Assembly (NCBI GenBank): GCA_038087875.1
Contig: JAXLNO010000455.1
Span: forward strand, 1 to 64,000
DNA from: Malacoraja senta
Lineage: Eukaryota
DNA length: 64,000 nt
Direction: 5' to 3'
In this document: positions 50,811 through 63,800 of the stretch, piece by piece
How positions within the stretch are numbered: the first letter of the stretch is position 1
Layout of the letters: the number at the start of each line of letters is the position of its first letter
Made by a program: the position numbers and the translations under genes
The notes under the pieces: model-generated
Told to the model about the DNA's origin: nothing
Database searches by the model: none
What the model saw: the letters and a program-made list of their open reading frames with translations, nothing else

Positions 50811-53800
50811 TAATATTAATTTTTCCCAGTTTTTGTACTACAATCAAGAAAGTTTCTTTGGTTTGTTGTAAGTCTTAGGCTTTGTTCTGATATTCCTAAT
50901 ATTATTAGTTTTGAGTCGGGATCTAATTGGGTATTGACAACTTCAGAAAATATTCTGAAAATGTCCGTCCAGAAATTTTAGATTTCTATACAATTTATAA
51001 AGGTATGCGTTGTTAGCCTCTAAATGCTGAAATGTATCACAAATAGGAGAGATATGTGGGAAGCTTCTATTAAATTTTGTTTTAGAGTAATGTAATCTAT
51101 GTAATACTTTAAATTGTATTAAGGCATGTCTGTCATTTAACTAGCATTGATGTATATATTGTAGACTTTCGTCCCAAATATCTTTCGTTATAGGTTGGCC
51201 TAATTCATTTTCCCATGTGTGTCTATATAATTCCGTCGGCTGGACCTCACTATCTAAAAGAGTATTATATATGTGCGATATTAATTTTTCTATAATAGGA
51301 TGTTTGTTCAAACATTCATCAAGGATTTCTGGCTCCCTAGTTCTATAATCTTCTGTATTTAATTTACCATAATCTCTAATTTGTAAATATCTGAAAAAGT
51401 TGTTTGAATGTAGTCCATAAATCTGTTGTAACTCCTGAAATGAAAGAAAAGAGCCTTTCCTATAAAGATGTCACATCTTTTTAATTCCATAATTTTTCCA
51501 TTGTGCAAAACCTTTATCCAACTTAGAGGTTTTAAATAAAGGGTTGTTTACAATGGGGAGGCAGAGTGATAAATTGTCCAATTTTGAAGTATTTTTAAAT
51601 TGTTTCCAAAATCGTATACAAAATCATATATTATAGGATTTTCACTATAGGTTTTTTGTGCAATTTTGTGGGAGCAAACATAATCGAACCAATTTCAAAA
51701 GGCAAACAGTCTTCCTTTTCCATCTTTAACCAGTCTGGTTGCTGATCCATTTCTTCCAACCAGAAATTCATATTTTTAATATTGACTGCCCAGAAGTAAA
51801 ACAAAAAGTTTGGTAAAGCTAAACCTCCATTTGTCTTTGATTTACATAGACGTGTTTTGCTTATTCTATGATTCTTATAATCCGAAATAAAGCTTCTGAC
51901 AATGGAATCAACCTTTTAAAAAAATTGGGAAGATATATCGGAATTGATTGGAATAGGTACAATAATTGCGGTAAAAAGATTATTTTTATAGCATTAATTC
52001 TACCAAACATTGAAATAGGAAGTGTTTTCCAATACTGAATATTCTTATGTAGTTTATTCAGTAGAGGTGGGAAATTTAATTTAAGTAAAGAAGTCTATGT
52101 CTTAGTTACATAAATTCCTAAATATTTAAGTTTTTCCTTAACTATTTTAAAGTGGGATTGTTGTAGTGTGTGTAAATTGAGTTCCGTTATTGGCATGATT
52201 TCGCTTTTATTCCAATTAATTCTATATCCCGAAAACAGACCAAATTGAGTGATTAGATTTAATAGGTTTGGAATGCTAGTTTCTGGCTTTGTAATATATA
52301 TTAATACATCATCTGCATATAAAGAGATTTTATTGATTGTGTATTTAGTATTATACCCGTATATTTCTGGATGGGCTCGAACTCTTTCTGCTAATGGTTC
52401 AATTGCAAGGGCGAATATTAATGGGGATAGTGGGCATCCTTGTCTACAACCTCTGGAAAGATTAAATTTAGTTGATAACATTTGATTTGTTAATATTCTA
52501 GCTTTTGGGTTAGAATATAAAAGTTTAACCCATGTGCAGTACTTATCCCCCATTTGAAATGTTTCCATCTCCGAAAATAAATATGACCATTCTACCTGAT
52601 CAAATGCTTTTTCAGCATCTAACGAAATGATTGCTAGGTCTACATTAGCAATTCTATTTGAGTGTATAATATGGAATAGTCGTCTCAAATTATAAAATGA
52701 GTAACGTTTATGAATAAAACCTGTTTGGTCGGGGTGTATTAATTTGTTAATCACTAAACTCAATCTATGAATACGATTTTAGTTAATATTTTCTGATCAG
52801 TATTTAAGAGAGCTATTGCTCTATATGAACCTGGGTCTTCAAGATCCTTATCACTTTTTGGTATGTGTTAATGTAGATTCGTTTAAAGTTTCTGGCAGTT
52901 TCTGTTGAGTGTAAGCGTATTTCTACAATGTCTGTAGGCGTGGGGAACTCAGATCATAATGTTTTTTTTATAAAATTCGGAGCTTAGGCCATCGGGACCT
53001 GCGGTCTTTCCGTTTTTTAAAGATCTAATTGACTCTTCGATATATGTTACAGTTATTCAGCACCTAGTAATTCTCTCTCTTTCAGATCTAAACCTGTAAG
53101 ATTACATTTCTGTAAAAATGCTTCCATTCCTGCTGATTGTTCTGTCACTTTAATTGAGTAAAGTTTTGATAATATTGTAAAAATCTGTCATTGATATCTT
53201 TGGCCAGTGTTAATATTTCTCCCTTATCTGATCTAATTTTATAAATAGCTTTTCCCCCGTCCAGTTTACGAAGTTGACGTGCTAATACGTTGTGTGGTTT
53301 GTCACCAAATTCAAAGTTTAATTGTTTAATATCTTGATAAAGTTTTATAACTTGGTCTGAGTATATTTTATTTAACTTGTATTTCAGTACTGCAATTTTA
53401 TTGTGTTTTACCATAGATGGCGCTTCTGCATATTCTATGTCTAATTGCCTTATTTCCATTTCCAATGTCTGTTGTTTAGCCCGATTCTCTTTATTATGAA
53501 ATGCTTGGGAGGAGATTAATGCTCCTCGTACAAATGCTTTAAACGTTTCCCAGAGAAGGGAAGCAGAAGTTCCGGGGCGGTCATTAGCCTCGAAAAACAT
53601 ATTAATCTGTTTTGTACGGTATTCATGACATTCCTTTTCATTCAAAAAATTTGGGGGTTAATTCTCCATTGTGTCTGTTTCTCGGCCATTCCGTTTAGTT
53701 TAATCATAAATGTTAGTGGTGCATGGTCCGAGATCATAATATTATGATATTTCGAGTTGTTGGTAAATGGAATGAGTTTTGGAGTCTACGAAGAAATAGT

Positions 53801-56567
53801 CTATCCTTGAATAGGATTTATGCACCGGTGAGTAAAATGAATATTCTCGTCCGGATGGATTTTCAATTATCCAGACATGCTTGATGTTGGTAGTGTTAAT
53901 ATATGAGTTTAGAAATTAACTTGACTGAGATTTTAATTTTCTTTAAGTTGATGATCTGACTAAATAAGAATCCAGTGTACAATTTAAGTCTCCACAAATT
54001 ATTAAGTTATGTTGTGTGAATTCCGGGATAGTATTGAATATTTTCTTGAAAAACAAGGGACTATCAAAATTTGGTCCATATACATTAAGAAGAGTCACTT
54101 TTTTTGAATATAACTCACCTACTAATACAACATATCTGCCGTCAATATCTTCTATAGTTGATGTATGTTTAAAAGGTATACCTTTACGGATTAATATTGC
54201 AACCCCTCTAGATGTATGTGAGAATGAAGAGTGATACGCTTCAGCAATCTATTTTGCTCTCAATCTATGTTGCGCTTCCTTTTTAAGATGTGTTTCCTGG
54301 AGGAATATTATATCTGCTTTAAGTGATTTTAAATGAGCAAATACGTTGATTGGTTCGTTAATTCCCTTTACATTCCAGCTACAGAATGTAATTCCTTCAC
54401 CCACAATTTTCATATTAACATCTTGCATCTCATGATTAGGGTGGTCTATAATAGAGCAAATGGTTCAGCACATTAAACCCTGCCTAACACCCGAACATCA
54501 AATAGATGAATTTTAGATCTCGTACGTTTTCCTCCCGGACATATCTCCTTAAGTAAGACTTATAATTCCATTCAAAATACAAATTAGAATATAATATAAA
54601 ATAGAAAAGGTAAGAGAATAATATGTTAGTAAAGTGTAAAAGAACACATCACTAGTTGGTACAGTTAGTAATAGCCACCCCAATGTGGTTAGACATCTAA
54701 AGACTTCCGTAGCCTTTGGAGAAAAAAAACGTTATACCAGCTCCGTTCTTTTCTTAAGGGAAAAGTTTCAATTTCAATAAAAACAATTTATGGGAAAAGG
54801 GAAACATATTTTAGGTCCAAAGTAATTATATTCCGTTAGTGCAATAGTTATTAGTCTCAAAGTAAAATATTAGTATCGTATAGAAACAATATTAATCAAA
54901 AATTAGTCAAAAGTATCAGAGAAAAAATCTCCTAAATTTTTATTAATAAATTGCCTGAATCACACATTACTTATAATTCATACTTTTAGCTAATTCTGAG
55001 TTGACCCAGTTAAAAATAATTAATAATAATTATTAATCATGCTTAGTAGTAATTAGTAATGATTAGTACTAACATATAAATGTTATAGATCAATAGCAAA
55101 ATTGCTCGATTCTCATTATAAATTTTAAGCAGTCCTTAAGTATAGCAATTTAAAGTTCCATTTCTTCTCTGCGGGGTAACGATGTCCGGTACCGTCAGGT
55201 GTTTGTTGATTATTGTTCAATGCTCGGTCTTGTTCTCGATATTCTGGGCGGATTCAAGTGCTTCTGTGTGGTTGATGAAGAAATATTCCTGACTCTTGTA
55301 CGTAACTCTCAGTGTTGCGGGGTACATCAGTCCATATCTCAGATCTTTTATATTCTTAAGTATTCTTCTTGCGTCTGTGCACAGCGCTCTTTTCCTGGCG
55401 ACCTCCACTTGATAACCTCTAAATATACTGATCTTATCTCCTTCAAATAAGAGATTTCTGCTGCGAACGATTTTCTTCATCATATCATCGAAAACATGAT
55501 CATATCGCACCTTCATTCTCAGTTGTCTTGGGGGGGGGGGCGCGTCCGCCCTTCGGCGGCGTCCCAGTGCTCTGTGTGCCCGACCAAGTAAAGGCTCTTG
55601 ACCCTGATTTAAGACTTTTTAAAATAGATCTGCAGCAAATTCACGGGGGTCACGGTTCCACTCTCGGCCTTCCGGAACGCCCACGATTGTTAAATTCTGG
55701 CGTCTCTGATGTCCCTCCAAGTCAATACATTTTCAGTTATTTTATTCAATAAGTCTGATAAACGCTTGTTCTCGGAGAGAAGCTTTTTTGTAGTTTTAGC
55801 ACTAGTCTCAGCAATTTCCTCTAATACAGTTATAGCTGTATTTTGCTGATCTAGTGCCTGAAAGATGGGATCCAACAGAGTTAAATCTGGATTCCATCGA
55901 ATTTAATTTAACATTTACCTCTTCAATCTTTTGATTAAGATTTTCTTCCATGTTTAACTTCCAGGCCTCTAGTACTTCGTGTACAGAGGCTGTGACTTCT
56001 TCTTTAATTTCTTCTTTAAAAATTGCAGTTCTTCTTTAAAGTTCTGTTTACGTTTTTTCAATTCTTCCATTATATTTATAATTTCTTGTGCGAGGAAACT
56101 TCTTAGTTCTTCCATATCCGTTGTTTTCTTCTTTGAGACATCTTCCTGGGACGACGTTAAAACTGAGCCCGAGGCTTCCGTCTGGCCTACTTCTTTGGGC
56201 TTATTGGTTTTTCTCGTCTTGGGGCACAGGCATGGACTAGAGAGCTTTTTTGTAGTTTTAGCACTAGTCTCATCAATTTCCTCTAATACAGTTATAGCTG
56301 TATTTTGCTGTATGATCTCGGACCATGCACCATGTTGTAAAGACATACCGCCGGTGTTGTCGCGCGCCTGATGACGTTACGCGCTTGATGCAAGCAGCCG
56401 GTGCCGTTGTCAGACAAGAGGGAGCAGCTGATTGGGAGTCAGATCCCTGCTGATTGGGAGTCAGATCCCTGCTGATTGTACTGTATTGTAGCAGTTTGTT
56501 TTGTATTGTAGCAGTTTGTTTTGTATTGTAGCAGTTTGTTTTGTATTGTATACTAGGTAAGGGGAGT

Positions 56568-57503
56568 ATGACAGCCAGGGCAGTTTACTGTTCTGGATGT
56601 CAGATGTGGGAAGTCATGGAGTCTGACAGCCCTCCAGACGTCCACATCTGCGCCAGGTGTATCGAGATGGGGCTCCTAATGGACCGTATTAGGAATCTGG
56701 AGCAGCAGCTCGATGACCTCCGTCTGGTCAGGGAGAGCGAGGAAGTCATTGACAGGAGTTACAGGGATGTGGTCACTCCAACACCACAGGAGGCAGGCAA
56801 GTGGATCACGGTTGGGAGAGGCAAGGGGCACAGGCATGGACTAGGGAGTACCCCGGTGACTGTACACCTTGACAATAAGTACTCCTGTTTGAGCACTGTT
56901 GGGGTGGACAGCCTAACTGGGGGTAGCGACAGCGGCCGGGCCTCCGGTACAGAGACCGGCCCTGTTGCTCAGAAGGGTAAGGAAAAGAAGAGGAGGGCAA
57001 TACTAATAGGGGACTCTATAGTTAGGGGGTCAGACAGGCGATTCTGTGGACGCAGTCGGGAGACCCGGATGGTAGTTTGTCTCCCTGGTGCCAGGGTCTG
57101 TGATGTGTCTCAACGTGTCCAAAATATCCTGAAAGGGCAGGGAGAGGAGCCCGAGGTCGTGGTACATATAGGTACCAATGACATAGGTAAAAAAAGAGAA
57201 GAGGTCCTGAAAGGAAAATTTAGGGAGTTAGGAGGGGAGTTAAAGAGAAGGACAGCAAAGGTAACAATCTCGGGATTACTGCCTGTGCCACGCGACAGTG
57301 AGAGTAGGAATGGAGCGAGGTGGAGGATAAATGCGTGGCTGAAGGACTGGTGCAGAAGGCAGGGATTCAAAATTCTGAATCATTGGGACCTCTTTTGTGG
57401 AAGGTTCGACCTGTACAAAAAGGATGGGTTGCACTTGAACCTGAGGGGGACCGATATCCTGGCGGGGAGATCTGCAAAGGCTACTGGGGAGACTTTAAAC
57501 TAG
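56568..57503 (+). CDS. CR1 ORF1p: zinc finger, leucine zipper and SGNH esterase-like domain; open frame of 311 aa
   Basis: CSGC..CARC, a leucine heptad, IGDSIVRG, CLPGA, HIGTND and DGLHLN. Confidence 0.9.
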   Translation: MTARAVYCSGCQMWEVMESDSPPDVHICARCIEMGLLMDRIRNLEQQLDDLRLVRESEEVIDRSYRDVVTPTPQEAGKWITVGRGKGHRHGLGSTPVTVHLDNKYSCLSTVGVDSLTGGSDSGRASGTETGPVAQKGKEKKRRAILIGDSIVRGSDRRFCGRSRETRMVVCLPGARVCDVSQRVQNILKGQGEEPEVVVHIGTNDIGKKREEVLKGKFRELGGELKRRTAKVTISGLLPVPRDSESRNGARWRINAWLKDWCRRQGFKILNHWDLFCGRFDLYKKDGLHLNLRGTDILAGRSAKATGETLN

Positions 57504-57681
57504 AATGGTTGGGGGGAGGGACTCAAATAGAGAATGCTATTAGACAGTGTGTGAGGCAGGAGGCAGAGAAGGAAAGCACTCAGACCCAACATGTAGGGGG
57601 GAAAGAAGAAAACAATAATAAACAGAGAATAAGAGGTGGTGGGGTTCTCAAATGGGTGAGCAGAGAAACAGAGGGGTGTAA

Positions 57682-60619
57682 AATGCGGGCGGAAGCAATA
57701 GGTAGCAAGGTGAAAAGTAAAAGTGGCAGGCAGACAAATCCAGGGCAAAAATCAAAAAGAGCCACTTTTCAACATAATTGTATAAGGGGTAAGAGCGTTG
57801 GAAAAACAAGCCTGAAGGCTTTGTGTCTCAATGCAAGGAGCATTCGCAATAAGGTGGATGAGTTGAACGTGCAGATAGCAATTAATGATTATGAAATAGT
57901 TGGGATCACGGAAACATGGCTCCAGGGTGACCAAGGCTGGGAGCTGAACATCCAGGGATATTCAATATTCAGGAGGGATAGAGAGAAAGGAAAAGGAGGT
58001 GGGGTAGCGTTGCTGGTTAGAGAGGAGATTAACGCAGTGGAAAGGAAGGACATTAGCTTGGAGGATGTGGAATCGGTATGGGTAGAGCTGCGAAACACTA
58101 AGGGGCAGAAAACGCTGGTGGGTGTTGTGTACAGGCCACCTAGCAGCAGTAGTGAAGTTGGGGATGGCATCAAACAGGAAATTAGAAATGCGTGCAACAA
58201 AGGCAAAACAGTTATAATGGGTGACTTAAATCTACATATAGATTGGGTGAATCAAATTGGCAGGGGTGCTGAGGAAGAGGATTTCTTGGAATGTATGCGG
58301 GATAGTTATCTAAACCAACATGTCGAGGAACCAACGAGAGAGCAGGCTATTCTAGACTGGGTATTGAGTAATGAGGAAGGGTTAGTTAGCAGTCTTGTTG
58401 TGCGTGCCCCCTTGGGCAAGAGTGACCATAATATGGTTGAGTTCTTCATTAGGATGGAGAGTGACATTGTTAATTCAGAAACAACGGTTCTGAACTTAAA
58501 GAAATGTAACTTTGAGGGTATGAGACGTGAATTGGCCAAGATTGACTGGCAATTAGTTCTAAAAGGGTTGACGGTGGATATGCAATGGAAGGCATTTAAA
58601 GACTGCATGGATGAACTACAAAAATTGTTCATCCCAATTTGGCAAAAGAATATATCAGGGAAGGTAGTGCATCCGTGGATAACAAGGGAAATCAGGGATA
58701 GTATCAAAGCAAAAGATGATGCGTACAAATTAGCCAGAACTATGGGAGATATTCAGAATATGGGAGATATTCAGAGACCAGCAGAGGAGGACAAAGGGCT
58801 TAATTAGGAAAGGGAAAATAGATTATGAAATGAAACTGGCCGGGAACATAAATACTGACTGCAAAAGTTATTATAGATATGTGAAGAGAAAGAGATTAGT
58901 TAAAACAAATGTAGGTCCCTCGTAGTCAGAAACAGGTGAATTGATCATGGGGAACAATGATATGGCGGACCAATTGAATAACTACTTTGGTTCCGTCTTC
59001 ACTAAGGAAGACATAAATAATCTGCCGAAATAGCAGGGGGCCGCGGGTCAAAGGAGATGGAGGAACTGAGTGAAATCCAGGTTAGTCGGGAAGTGGTGTT
59101 GGGTAAATTGAATGGATTAAAGGCCGATAAATCACCAGGGCCAGATAGGCTGCATCCCAGAGTACTTAAGGAAGTAGCTCCAGAAATAGTGGATCCATTA
59201 GTGATAATTTTTCAAAACTCTTTAGATTCTGGAGTAGTTCCTGAGGATTGGAGGGTAGCAAACGTAGCCCCACATTTTAAGAAGGGAGGGAGAGAGAAAA
59301 CGGGGAATTACAGACCAGTTAGTCTAACATCGGTAGTGGGGAAACTGCTAGAGTCAGTTATTAAAGATGGGATAGCAGCACATTTGGAAAGTGGTGAAAT
59401 CATTGGACAAAGTCAGCATGGATTTACGAAAGGTAAATCGTGTCTGACGAATCTTATAGAATTTTTCGAGGATGTAACTAGTAGAGTGGATAGGGGAGAA
59501 CCAGTGGATGTGTTGTATCTGGACTTTCAGAAGGCTTTCGACAAGGTACCACATAAGAGATTAGGATACAAACTTAAATCACACGGTATTGGGGGTTCAG
59601 TATTGATGTGGATAGAGAACTGGCTGGCAAACAGGAAGCAAAGAGTAGGAGTAAACGGGTCCTTTTCACAATGGCAGGCAGTGACTAGTGGGGTACCGCA
59701 AGGCTCAGTGCTGGGACGCCAGCTATTTACAATTTATATTAATGATCTGGACGAGGGAATTGAAAGCAACATCTCCAAGTTTGCGGATGACGCTAAGATG
59801 GGGGGCAGTGTTAGCTGTGAGGAGGGTGCTAGGAGACTGCAAGGTGACTTGGAAAGGCTGGGTGAGTGGGCAAATGTTTGGCAGATGCAGTATAATGTGG
59901 ATAAATGTGAGGTTATCCACTTTGGTGGCAAAAACGGGAAGGCAGACCATTATCTAAATGGTGGCCGATTAGGAAATGGGGAGATGCAGCGAGACCTGGG
60001 TGTCATGGTACACCAGTCATTGAAAGTAGGCATGCAGGTGCAGCAGGCAGTGAAGAAAGCGAATGGTATGTTGGCCTTCATAGAAAGAGGATTTGAGTAT
60101 AGGAGCAGGGAGGTTCTACTGCAGTTGTACAGGGTCTTGGTGAGACCACACCTGGAGTATTGCGTACAGTTTTGGTCTCCAAATCTGAGGAAGGACATTA
60201 TAGCCATAGAGGGAGTGCAGAGAAGGTTCACCAGACTGATTCCTGGGATGTCAGGACTTTCATATGAAGAAAGACTGGATAGACTTGGCTTAGACTCGCT
60301 AGAATTTAGGAGATTGAGAGGGGATCATATAGAAACGTACAAAATTCTTATGGGGTTGGACAGGCTAGACGCAGGAAGATTGTTCCCGATGTTGGGGAAG
60401 TCCAGGACAAGGGGTCACAGCTTAAGGATAAGGGGGAAATCCTTTAAGACCGAGATGAGGAAAAACCTTTTCACACAGAGAGTGGTGAATCTCTGGAACT
60501 CTCTGCCACAGAGGGTGGTTGAGGCCAGTTCATTGGCTATATTTAAGAGGGAGTTAGATGTGGCCCTTGTGGCTAAGGGGATCAGGGGGTATGGAGAGAA
60601 GGCAGGTACGGGATACTGA
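57682..60619 (+). pseudogene. CR1 ORF2 (AP endonuclease plus RT), disrupted between ~58740 and ~59030
   Basis: CLNARS, GITETW, VYRPP, MGDLN, SDH; NYRPVSLTS, LDFQKAFDKV, GVPQGSVLG, KFADD. An 18-bp duplication with a deletion at 58741, a TAG near 58924 and a 1-nt deletion near 59027. Start codon uncertain. Confidence 0.9.
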
Positions 60620-60821
60620 GTTGGATGATCAGCCATCATCATATTGAATGGCGGTGCAGACTCGAAGGGCCGAATGGCCTACTCCTGCACCTATTTTCTA
60701 TGTTTCTATGTTTCTATGTTTCTACAGGTCAGTCCCGTTCTTTTCTCCCGTTTTCAAGCAATTTTTTTGTGTGGAACTAGACGGTGCGAGTCTCTGTTAC
60801 CCCATAGTGCCACCGGAAGTT

Positions 60822-63800
60822 CCCATTTGCATTTTCAAAGCAAACCACTTTTTGCATTTTCAAATCAAACCACCTTTTGCATTTTCAAAGGAAACCACCT
60901 TTTTCATTTTCAAAGCAAACCACATTTTGCATTGTCAAAGCAAACCACCTTTTGCATTTTCAAAGCAAACCACCGTTTGCATAAACCAAACCAACTTTTG
61001 CATTTTCAAACCAAACCTCCTTTTGCATTTTTAAACCAACCCTCCTTTTGCATTTTCAAAGCAAACCTTTGCATTTTTAATGCAAACCTTTTGCATTTTC
61101 AAACCAAACCACCATTTGCATTTTCAAAGCAAACCACCTTTTGCATTTTCAAAGCAAATCACCTTTTGCATTTTGAAAGCGAACCTTTTGCATTTTCAAA
61201 CCAAACCAACTTTTGCATTTCTAAACCAAACTTCCATTTTGCATTTTCAAACCAAACCACCTTTTGCATTTTTAAATCAAACCACCTTTTGCATTTTCAA
61301 AGCAAATCTTTTGCATTTTCAAAGCAAATCTTTTGCATTTTCAAAGCAAATGCTTTTGCATTTTGAAAGCAAACCTTTTGCATTTTCAAACCAAACCACC
61401 TTTTGCATTTCCAAATCAAGCCACCATTTACATTTTCAAACCAAACCTCCTATTGCATTTTCAAACCAAACTACCTTTTGCATTTTCAAACCAAACCACC
61501 CGTTGCATATTGAAACCAAACCACCATTTGCATTTTTAAACCTAACCACCATTTGCATTTTCAAAGCAATCCTTTCGCATTTTCAAAGCAAGCCTTTTGC
61601 ATTTTCATACCAAACCATTTGCACTTTCAAACCAAACCTTTTGCATGTTCAAACCAAACCACCATTTGGATGCTCAAACCAAAGCACATTTGCATTTTCA
61701 AACAAAATCACCATTTGCATTTACATACGTAACCACCATTAACGTTTTCAAACCAATCCACCATATGCATTTTCACACCAAACCACCATTTGCAATTTCA
61801 ATCCAAACCACCATTTGCATTTTTAATCCAATCCTTTTCCATTTTCAAACAAAACCTTTTGCATTTTCAAACCGAACAACCATTTGCATTTTCAAAGCAA
61901 ACCTTTTGCATTTTCAAAGCAAACAACCTTTTGCAGTTTTCATAGCAAACCATCTTTTGCATTTTGATAGCAAACCAACTTTTGCATTTTGATAGCAAAC
62001 CACCTTTTGCATTTTCAAATCAAACCACCTTTTGCATTTTCAAAGCAAATCTTTTGCATTTCCAAATCAAACCTTTTGCATTATCAAAGCAAACCTTTTG
62101 CATTTTCAAACAAAACCAACTTTTGTATTTCCAAATCAAACCATCATTTACATTTTCAAACCAAACCTCCTATTGCATTTTCAAACCAATCCAACATTTG
62201 CATTTTCAAACAAAACCACCATTTGCATTTTGAAACCAAACCACCATTTGCATTTTTAAACCTAACCACAATTTGCATTTTCAAAGCAAGCATTTTGCAT
62301 TTTCATACCAAACCTTTTGCACTTTCAAACCAAACCTTTTGCATTTTCAAACCAAACCACCAATAGCATTTCAAACCAAAGCACCATTTGCATTTTCAAA
62401 CAAAATCACCATTTGCATTTTCAAACCAAACCACCTTTGGTGTTTTCAAAACAAACTACCTTTTACATTTTCAAAGCAAACCTTTTGTATTTTCAAAGCA
62501 AACCTTTTGCATTTTTGTATTTTCAAACCAAACCACCTTTTGCATTTTGAAAGCAAACCACTTTTTCCATTTTCAAAGCAAACCTTTTGCATTTTCAAAG
62601 CAAACGTTTTGCATTTTCAAAGCAAATCGTTTGCATTTACAAACCAAACCACCTTTGCATTTTCAAACCAAAGCACCATTTGCTTATTCGAACAAAATCA
62701 CCATTTGCATTTTCAAACAAAACCACCTTTTGCATTTTCAAAGCAAACCACCTTTTGAATTTCCAATGCAAACTTTCGTATTTTCAAAGCAAACTTTTTG
62801 CATTTTCAAAGCAAACCTTTGCCTTTTCAAAGCAAACCGTTTGCACTTTCAAACCAAACCATCATTTGAATTTTCACACCAAACCACCATTTGCAATTTC
62901 AAATCAAACCACCATTTGCATTTTTAATCCAATTATTTTCCATTTTAGCCAAACCTTTTGCATTTTCAAACGAAACCTTTTGCATTTTCAAACAAAACCA
63001 CCATTTGCATTTTCAAAACCATCAACCATTTGCATTTTCAAACCATACGACCATTTGTATTTTCAAACTAAACCACCATTTACATTTTCAAACCAAACCA
63101 CCATTTGCATTTTAAAACCAAACCACCATTTTCATTTTCAAAGCAAACCTTCATTTGCATTTTTTCAAAGCAAACCTTTTGCATTTTCAAACCAAACCAC
63201 GTTTTGCATTTTCAAACCAAACCACCATTTGCATTTTTAATCCAATTATTTTCCTTTTTAGCCAAACCTTTTGCATTTTCAAACGAAACCTTTTGCATTT
63301 TCAAACAAAACCACCATTTGCATTTTCAAAACCATCAACCATTTGCATTTTCAAACCATACGACCATTTGTATTTTCAAACTAAACCACCATTTACATTT
63401 TCAAACCAAACCACCATTTGCATTTTAAAACCAAACCACCATTTTCATTTTCAAAGCAAACCTTCATTTGCATTTTTTCAAAGCAAACCTTTTGCATTTT
63501 CAAACCAAACCTCGTTTTGCATTTTCAAACCATACGACCATTTGTATTTTCAAACTAAACCACCATTTACATTTTCAAACCAAACCACCATTTCCATTTT
63601 AAAACCAAACCACCATTTTCATTTTCAAAGCAAACCTTCATTTGCATTTTTTCAAAGCAAACCTTTTGCATTTTCAAACCAAACCACGTTTTGCATTTTC
63701 AAACCAAACCACCATTTGCATTTTTAATCCAATTATTTTCCATTTTAGCCAAACCTTTTGCATTTTCAAACGAAACCTTTTGCATTTTCAAACAAAACCA

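Larger units (their letters stand above)
56400..60724 (+). mobile_element. Full-length CR1-clade LINE (5' boundary approximate)
   Basis: 5'UTR with short tandem repeats, ORF1 esterase, ORF2 EN plus RT, and a (TTCTATGT)3.5 tail at 60696-60724. Confidence 0.95.
50811..60821 (-). mobile_element. L1-C2: L1 lacking its 3' end; ORF2 54428 to 50811, ORF1 ~56233 to 55217, 5'UTR split by CR1, 5' tip at 60725-60821
   Basis: MQDVNMKIVGEGITFCSWNVKGINEP, SLDAEKAFD, GCRQGCPLSP and LYADD. ORF1 C-terminus RYGLMYPATLRVTY. 5' end GAACTTCCGG. Confidence 0.88.

Noticed and set aside
57320..57681. N-terminal extension of the 495-aa ORF overlapping CR1 ORF1
   Set aside because: It uses a non-ATG start, overlaps ORF1 and shows no homology before the endonuclease motifs at ~57820.
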